From: an archaeon
Lineage (GTDB): Archaea; Nanobdellota; Nanobdellia; Woesearchaeales; GW2011-AR9
Assembly: GCA_018696395.1 (NCBI GenBank)
Contig: JABHQR010000013.1
Coordinates: 1,802-65,801 of the forward strand
Length of the DNA: 64,000 nucleotides
Direction: 5' to 3'
The notes beneath the pieces were generated by a model. That model did no database searches, was not told the origin of the DNA, and saw only the letters and a program-made list of their open reading frames with translations. The translations under genes were made by a program, and so were the position numbers. Each line of letters opens with the position of its first letter. The stretch's first letter is position 1. Shown here in pieces: positions 60,010 through 64,000 of the stretch.

Positions 60010-60759
60010 ATGATTAAAAAGTTAATGCACATTTTAAACAAAAAAAAAGAGATTATAAAATTTTACATTCGTAAAAATCCCAATTGCACATATAAGGAGA
60101 TAAGAAGACATACAAAAATTAAAGTTGAAAGAATTTACAAAAATATGAAAGAAGCATATATTGATGCTGGTGTGAAGTTATCTAAAAACTTATTAAAAAG
60201 AAATGAATTGCAACAAAGAAAGGAAGTTGTTAAATTTATCAAGAATAACCCAACTTGCACTGTTTCTGAGATACAAATAAAATTAAGAGTTAATATCCCC
60301 AGATTATATGGTAGTATTATAAATGCATATGAATCTGCAGAAACAAATTACCCAGAGAGAGAAATTGATTATGGCGTTAGAAACCCCAAGGTAATAAAAA
60401 GATGTAAAATATATGAATCTAAAGTGATTAAGTATCTTGAAAAATTAGGTGATGTTAAACCACAAGTAAGAGTTAAAAATAAAATTATTGATTGTTTATT
60501 TTGCTATAACAAAAAGAAATTCGTTGTTGAGATCAAAGATTTTAGATCAAGAAACAACATTACCAAATCTCAAATCAAACAATTAGAACAATACATGAAA
60601 CTAGTAGGGATTAATAATGGTTTAATTATTTGCCCTAAAGAAAGTTTTCCAAAAAGAAATAACCACAGAAATATTTATATAGAAAACCTAAACATAAAGA
60701 TTTTATCAGATGAAGATATAAGGGGGCGTAGTATAAGCTATTTGCTAAATGCAAGATAG
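60010..60759 (+). CDS. PD-(D/E)xK (Mrr-like/restriction-type) endonuclease with two N-terminal helical DNA-binding-like repeats
   Basis: IIDCLF...VVEIKD...QIKQLEQY nuclease motif; repeats FYIRKNPNCTYKEI...AYIDAG and FIKNNPTCTVSEI...AYESAE; 3' end overlaps tRNA-Trp. Confidence 0.75.
   Translation: MIKKLMHILNKKKEIIKFYIRKNPNCTYKEIRRHTKIKVERIYKNMKEAYIDAGVKLSKNLLKRNELQQRKEVVKFIKNNPTCTVSEIQIKLRVNIPRLYGSIINAYESAETNYPEREIDYGVRNPKVIKRCKIYESKVIKYLEKLGDVKPQVRVKNKIIDCLFCYNKKKFVVEIKDFRSRNNITKSQIKQLEQYMKLVGINNGLIICPKESFPKRNNHRNIYIENLNIKILSDEDIRGRSISYLLNAR
60668..60681 (+). promoter_or_regulatory. Putative BRE+TATA promoter of tRNA-Trp, embedded in the nuclease CDS
   Basis: GAAATA-TTTATATA ~40 bp upstream of tRNA position 1. 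Confidence 0.5.
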
Positions 60760-60893
60760 GTACACCCTGGCTAGAGGCGATATAAACGCCGGCAACTACA
60801 ACCGGCTCCAGTTATGGAGCGTCGAGCTCTCATACGAGCAATGACAAAAATAGGTGCTACCGGTCAATCTGGGTTCGAATCCCAGCGTCCCCA
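60722..60893 (+). tRNA. tRNA-Trp(CCA) with three introns (15/16: 60737-60765; 22/23: 60775-60796; 37/38: 60812-60858)
   Basis: Acceptor GGGGGCG/CGTCCCC-A, T arm CTGGG-TTCGAAT-CCCAG, anticodon stem ACCGG/CCGGT with CCA at 60808-10; removing three BHB-bounded inserts yields a 74-nt cloverleaf; T-tract follows. Confidence 0.88.
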
Positions 60894-61047
60894 CTTTTTT
60901 ATAATTAAAAAAAAGGTCAGATTTTGGTTCAATAATTTCTTTATTAATATTTTTCTTTCAAATTCAAGATAAATTGGTAAAAGATAATAAATTAATTTAA
61001 AACTTCTCACAAACTTTTAAATATTCTCACTAAACTTAATCTTCAAT

Positions 61048-62154
61048 ATGGTTGAATTAGATGGTAATTATGGTGAGGGTGGAGGTGCACTGTTAAGAGT
61101 AGCTTTGGCAGCAGCAACAATTACAAACACTCCGTTCAGAATAAACAATATTCGTTCAGGAAGAACTAAACCCGGATTAAAAGCACAACATCTTCAGGCA
61201 ATTAACGCATTGAAACAAATTTCTGGTTCAAAATGTAGCGAGATAGAATTAGGAACCACTGAATTATGGTTTCAACCTGGAAAAGTTAAAGGCGGAACTT
61301 ACACTTTTGATATTGGCACAGCTGGAAGTATTACCTTATTCTTACAATCAATTATCTTACCTTGCATGTTTGCATCTAGTAAGATCAATTTAACTATCAA
61401 AGGTGGAACTTGTGGGAAATGGCAAGCTTCAGTAGATTATCTAAAAGAGATCCTATTACCACAACTAGAAAGGTTTGTCAAAAAAATTGATTTAAAAATT
61501 CTTAAAAGAGGATATTATCCTAAAGGTGGAGGAGAAATATTTTTGGAGATAAGTCCTTTAATTAAATTACAAAACAAAAATGTTCATGAACTAATCAAAG
61601 AAGTAAGTGATAAAGTTAAAAAGATTAATTTAAAAGAACAAGGTAAACTTCAACAAGTTAAAGGAGTTCTAAACATTTCATCCGAATTATCTGAATTTAA
61701 TGTTGACGAAAGAATTACTAGGTCAGCAAAAGTTAGAGTTCAAAACAGATTAAAAATAAACCAAGACGTTCCAATAAATATCAGAACAGAATTAGTTAAT
61801 ACCTTAAGTCAAGGAGGAGAGTTATTGTTATGGTCAGTACATAACAGAGATGAATGGAACAATATCAATAATCCGATTAGGCTGGGTTCTAGTTGTGTTT
61901 TAGAAAAAGGTAAAAAATCTGAAATTATTGGAAAAGAAACTGCAGAACAATTATTTAATGAAATTGAATCTGAAGCAGTAGTAGACCACCATTTAGCTGA
62001 CCAATTGATACAATTCATGAGTATTCTTCCAAATTCAGTAATAAGAACAAGTGAAATAACTAACCATACTAAAACAAACATTTTTGTAATTAAACAATTT
62101 ATTCCAACCAGATTTAAAATTGAAAATAATGTAATATCTTCTTTATTAGAGTAA
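61048..62154 (+). CDS. rtcA: RNA 3'-terminal phosphate cyclase
   Basis: DGNYGEGGG..LR, R.KPGL..QH, GTAGSITL, RGYYPKGGG, VDHHLADQL, TNH..TN. Confidence 0.95.
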   Translation: MVELDGNYGEGGGALLRVALAAATITNTPFRINNIRSGRTKPGLKAQHLQAINALKQISGSKCSEIELGTTELWFQPGKVKGGTYTFDIGTAGSITLFLQSIILPCMFASSKINLTIKGGTCGKWQASVDYLKEILLPQLERFVKKIDLKILKRGYYPKGGGEIFLEISPLIKLQNKNVHELIKEVSDKVKKINLKEQGKLQQVKGVLNISSELSEFNVDERITRSAKVRVQNRLKINQDVPINIRTELVNTLSQGGELLLWSVHNRDEWNNINNPIRLGSSCVLEKGKKSEIIGKETAEQLFNEIESEAVVDHHLADQLIQFMSILPNSVIRTSEITNHTKTNIFVIKQFIPTRFKIENNVISSLLE

Positions 62155-62235
62155 TCTTTTTATAATTCAGAGCCTTAATTTATGAAATAAAGCTTATTTT
62201 AATTAAATTAGCTTAAAATATGAGGTGAAGGATAG

Positions 62236-62559
62236 ATGTTAAAAAAAGTTTTTCTTATATCAACATTATTAGTTATGACTATGTTTATGATAATGTCCTG
62301 TTCAGGAGAAAATTCTCTTACTGGAGGAGCAATGGTAAATTTAGATGTTGAAAATAATAATGGTGTTAATGATGAATCAGAAGACATATCAATAAATGAA
62401 GATGATTGTAACAGTTGTGAAAGTTCATATGATGAATGCAAAGATGTTTGTGAAAGTGAGAGTTCAGGAGATAGTTTAGAATTCTGCGCAGGCATTTGTG
62501 ACCATAAATACTGTTACTGCTCAGAAAAAGAGTGCGATACAAGTCCAAGTATTTGTTGA
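62236..62559 (+). CDS. Small Cys-rich acidic secreted/lipoprotein-like protein
   Basis: Signal peptide with MSC lipobox-like site, TGG motif, 10 Cys in the C-terminal half; SD GAGGTGA. Confidence 0.65.
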   Translation: MLKKVFLISTLLVMTMFMIMSCSGENSLTGGAMVNLDVENNNGVNDESEDISINEDDCNSCESSYDECKDVCESESSGDSLEFCAGICDHKYCYCSEKECDTSPSIC

Positions 62560-62690
62560 ACAAAAAAATTTATTTATTTTCTTATCATTATTATTACTTA
62601 TTATTTTCATGAGAGACAGCCATATCAACCTAATTAACCCCATTCTATTTTTCAATAAACTTTATAAATGAACCTCAGTTCAAGGCAGTC

Positions 62691-62861
62691 ATGGAAGCTA
62701 AAACTTGTATTTCAACTAAAAAAAGAATCGATAATGATATCGGATCTGTAAGTTTCATGTGCCCAAGTTGTGGAAAATTTGAAATTGTGAGAAGTTCATT
62801 CGCAAGAAAAAATGCTATGAAATATACATGTCCTAATTGTGGATTCACTGGACCAAACTAA
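62691..62861 (+). CDS. Zn-ribbon RNA-binding protein (DUF1610/HVO_2753-like), absent from the ORF track
   Basis: Manual translation MEAKTCISTKKRIDNDIGSVSFMCPSCGKFEIVRSSFARKNAMKYTCPNCGFTGPN; typical position upstream of aEF-1beta; TATA TTTATAAA at 62661-68. Confidence 0.88.
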   Translation: MEAKTCISTKKRIDNDIGSVSFMCPSCGKFEIVRSSFARKNAMKYTCPNCGFTGPN

Positions 62862-62901
62862 CAATTATCATTAAAACAAATAAAGGGAGAGGTTATTAAA
62901 T

Positions 62902-63180
62902 ATGGCAAAAGCAGTTATTACATTTAAATTGATGCCTGAATCAGTAGAAACAGATTTAGAGCCGATTAAAGAAAAAGCATTAGAACTTGCCCGAGAAAAT
63001 GGTGCGATTGGAGAAATGCAATCCAAAATTGAACCAGTTGCATTTGGATTAAAAGCAGTATTAATCTTAGGTATGTACGAAGTTGAAGGTGCGGACTTTG
63101 ATAATATAGCAAATAAAATGGGCAAGATTGAAGGTGTTCAAAGTTCAGAAGTTGCTAAAATGGACTTACCATTAGGTTAA
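62902..63180 (+). CDS. ef1b: Archaeal elongation factor 1-beta
   Basis: KLMPESVETDL, EPVAFGLKA, IEGVQSSEV. Confidence 0.93.
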   Translation: MAKAVITFKLMPESVETDLEPIKEKALELARENGAIGEMQSKIEPVAFGLKAVLILGMYEVEGADFDNIANKMGKIEGVQSSEVAKMDLPLG

Positions 63181-63418
63181 TTTTTTAATTTATTTAATTT
63201 ACATTTTTAACAAGTAATAAGAAAAAAAGGGTGAGATGGTAATTATAAAAAGGATTATTTCTGTAATTAATATAACTGAGATTATAGAAGTAAGCAATAT
63301 CATTTTTCATGCATTACCTTTATCATTACTATTTCCAACTTGTTTACATTTAGTTATTTAAAACAAATTTTAATTAATTTCTTAAGAAACAAAGAGAAAT
63401 CACTTAACTTTATTTGAT

Positions 63419-63997
63419 TTAAGGGTTATAGCTTTTTAAATCTAAATCAGTTAAACCAAACAAATTATATTCTTTAGATTCTGCTTGAAAAAGGGGTTTA
63501 TTTAATTTTGAATCCCAATACAATTTAACATTAAAACCACAAGCAGAAAAAAATTTAACTTTATGTTCTAATTTTTCAACCAATAATTCTTTAACTTTAT
63601 TAAAATGTTGAGAAGTCTTATTTACCCTTTCTAAAGGGATTTCCATTGAATCTAATTCATCAATTTGATCCAATACTACCCGAATCTCTTCATTACGAGA
63701 ACCATAAACTCTAACTTTGTATTGAATAAAATTTTCACTTTGCCAACAATGAGATTTTTGAGTAAACCTATGTTCAGTCACAACAAAATCAAGATTATTA
63801 ACTGAATATCTTGTCCTTAAATGATCAGGCAGATAACTAAAATCATACATATTTGCTTTAACAAGATTGGGAAATTGAATTAATTCACATCCCTTAATTT
63901 CTGATTCTAACTCCAATTTACCATTAATAGTTTTATTTTCAGAAAGATCAACTTTACGAAGTTTTGCATATGATTCAAAATTTAAACTTTCACCCAT
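63419..63997 (-). CDS. Hypothetical protein
   Basis: 192-aa ATG ORF at the window edge, no motif recognised. Confidence 0.55.
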   Translation of the reverse strand: MGESLNFESYAKLRKVDLSENKTINGKLELESEIKGCELIQFPNLVKANMYDFSYLPDHLRTRYSVNNLDFVVTEHRFTQKSHCWQSENFIQYKVRVYGSRNEEIRVVLDQIDELDSMEIPLERVNKTSQHFNKVKELLVEKLEHKVKFFSACGFNVKLYWDSKLNKPLFQAESKEYNLFGLTDLDLKSYNP

Positions 63998-64000
63998 AAG

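Noticed and set aside
821-63125. Short shadow ORFs in the track (e.g. 821-1006, 3006-3293, 5027-5218, 5319-5564, 5338-5580, 6881-7150, 8128-8451, 8866-9207, 15554-15832, 21425-21652, 22910-23140, 48142-48390, 61809-62081, 62208-62495, 62871-63125)
   Set aside because: They overlap well-supported genes on the opposite strand or frame and show no motifs
1-64000. CRISPR array, cas genes, transposase or integrase
   Set aside because: No regularly spaced 25-45 bp repeats and no recognisable Cas, DDE or tyrosine/serine recombinase motifs; the 33-58 kb island cannot be called a mobile element from sequence alone

Overview
Very AT-rich archaeal chromosomal window, most consistent with a DPANN lineage such as Woesearchaeota. 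This is inferred from aRF1, aEF-1beta, FEN1, tRNA-splicing endonuclease, RtcA, BRE/TATA promoters and a bacterial-type pentose-phosphate cluster. Layout: (1) 1-21 kb housekeeping: pfkB/fba/rpiB/rpe/split tkt, endA, fen, a tandem radical SAM pair, a fused pyrB-pyrI, aRF1, adenylate kinase and an ABC transporter. (2) 21-33 kb acidic surface proteins with Ig/cadherin-like repeats, plus a signal-peptide protein ending in an outer-membrane-type beta-barrel with a C-terminal Phe. (3) 33-58 kb accessory island: a GC-rich structured intergenic RNA candidate, paralogous membrane proteins, and a four-gene operon with two AAA+ ATPases converging on a ~14.5 kb operon. That operon encodes two atypical Ser/Thr kinases (one receptor-like with an extracellular Cys-rich domain), a PP2C phosphatase, two beta-propellers, a TPR-like protein and an LDH/MDH-fold protein, with a divergent TrmB regulator. 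(4) 58-64 kb: amino-acid permease and a PD-(D/E)xK nuclease gene that overlaps a tRNA-Trp(CCA) gene with three BHB-type introns, the third resembling a minimal box C'/D' guide for its own C34. It is followed by rtcA, an unannotated Zn-ribbon gene and aEF-1beta. All calls come from reading motifs by eye; no database searches or folding programs were run.
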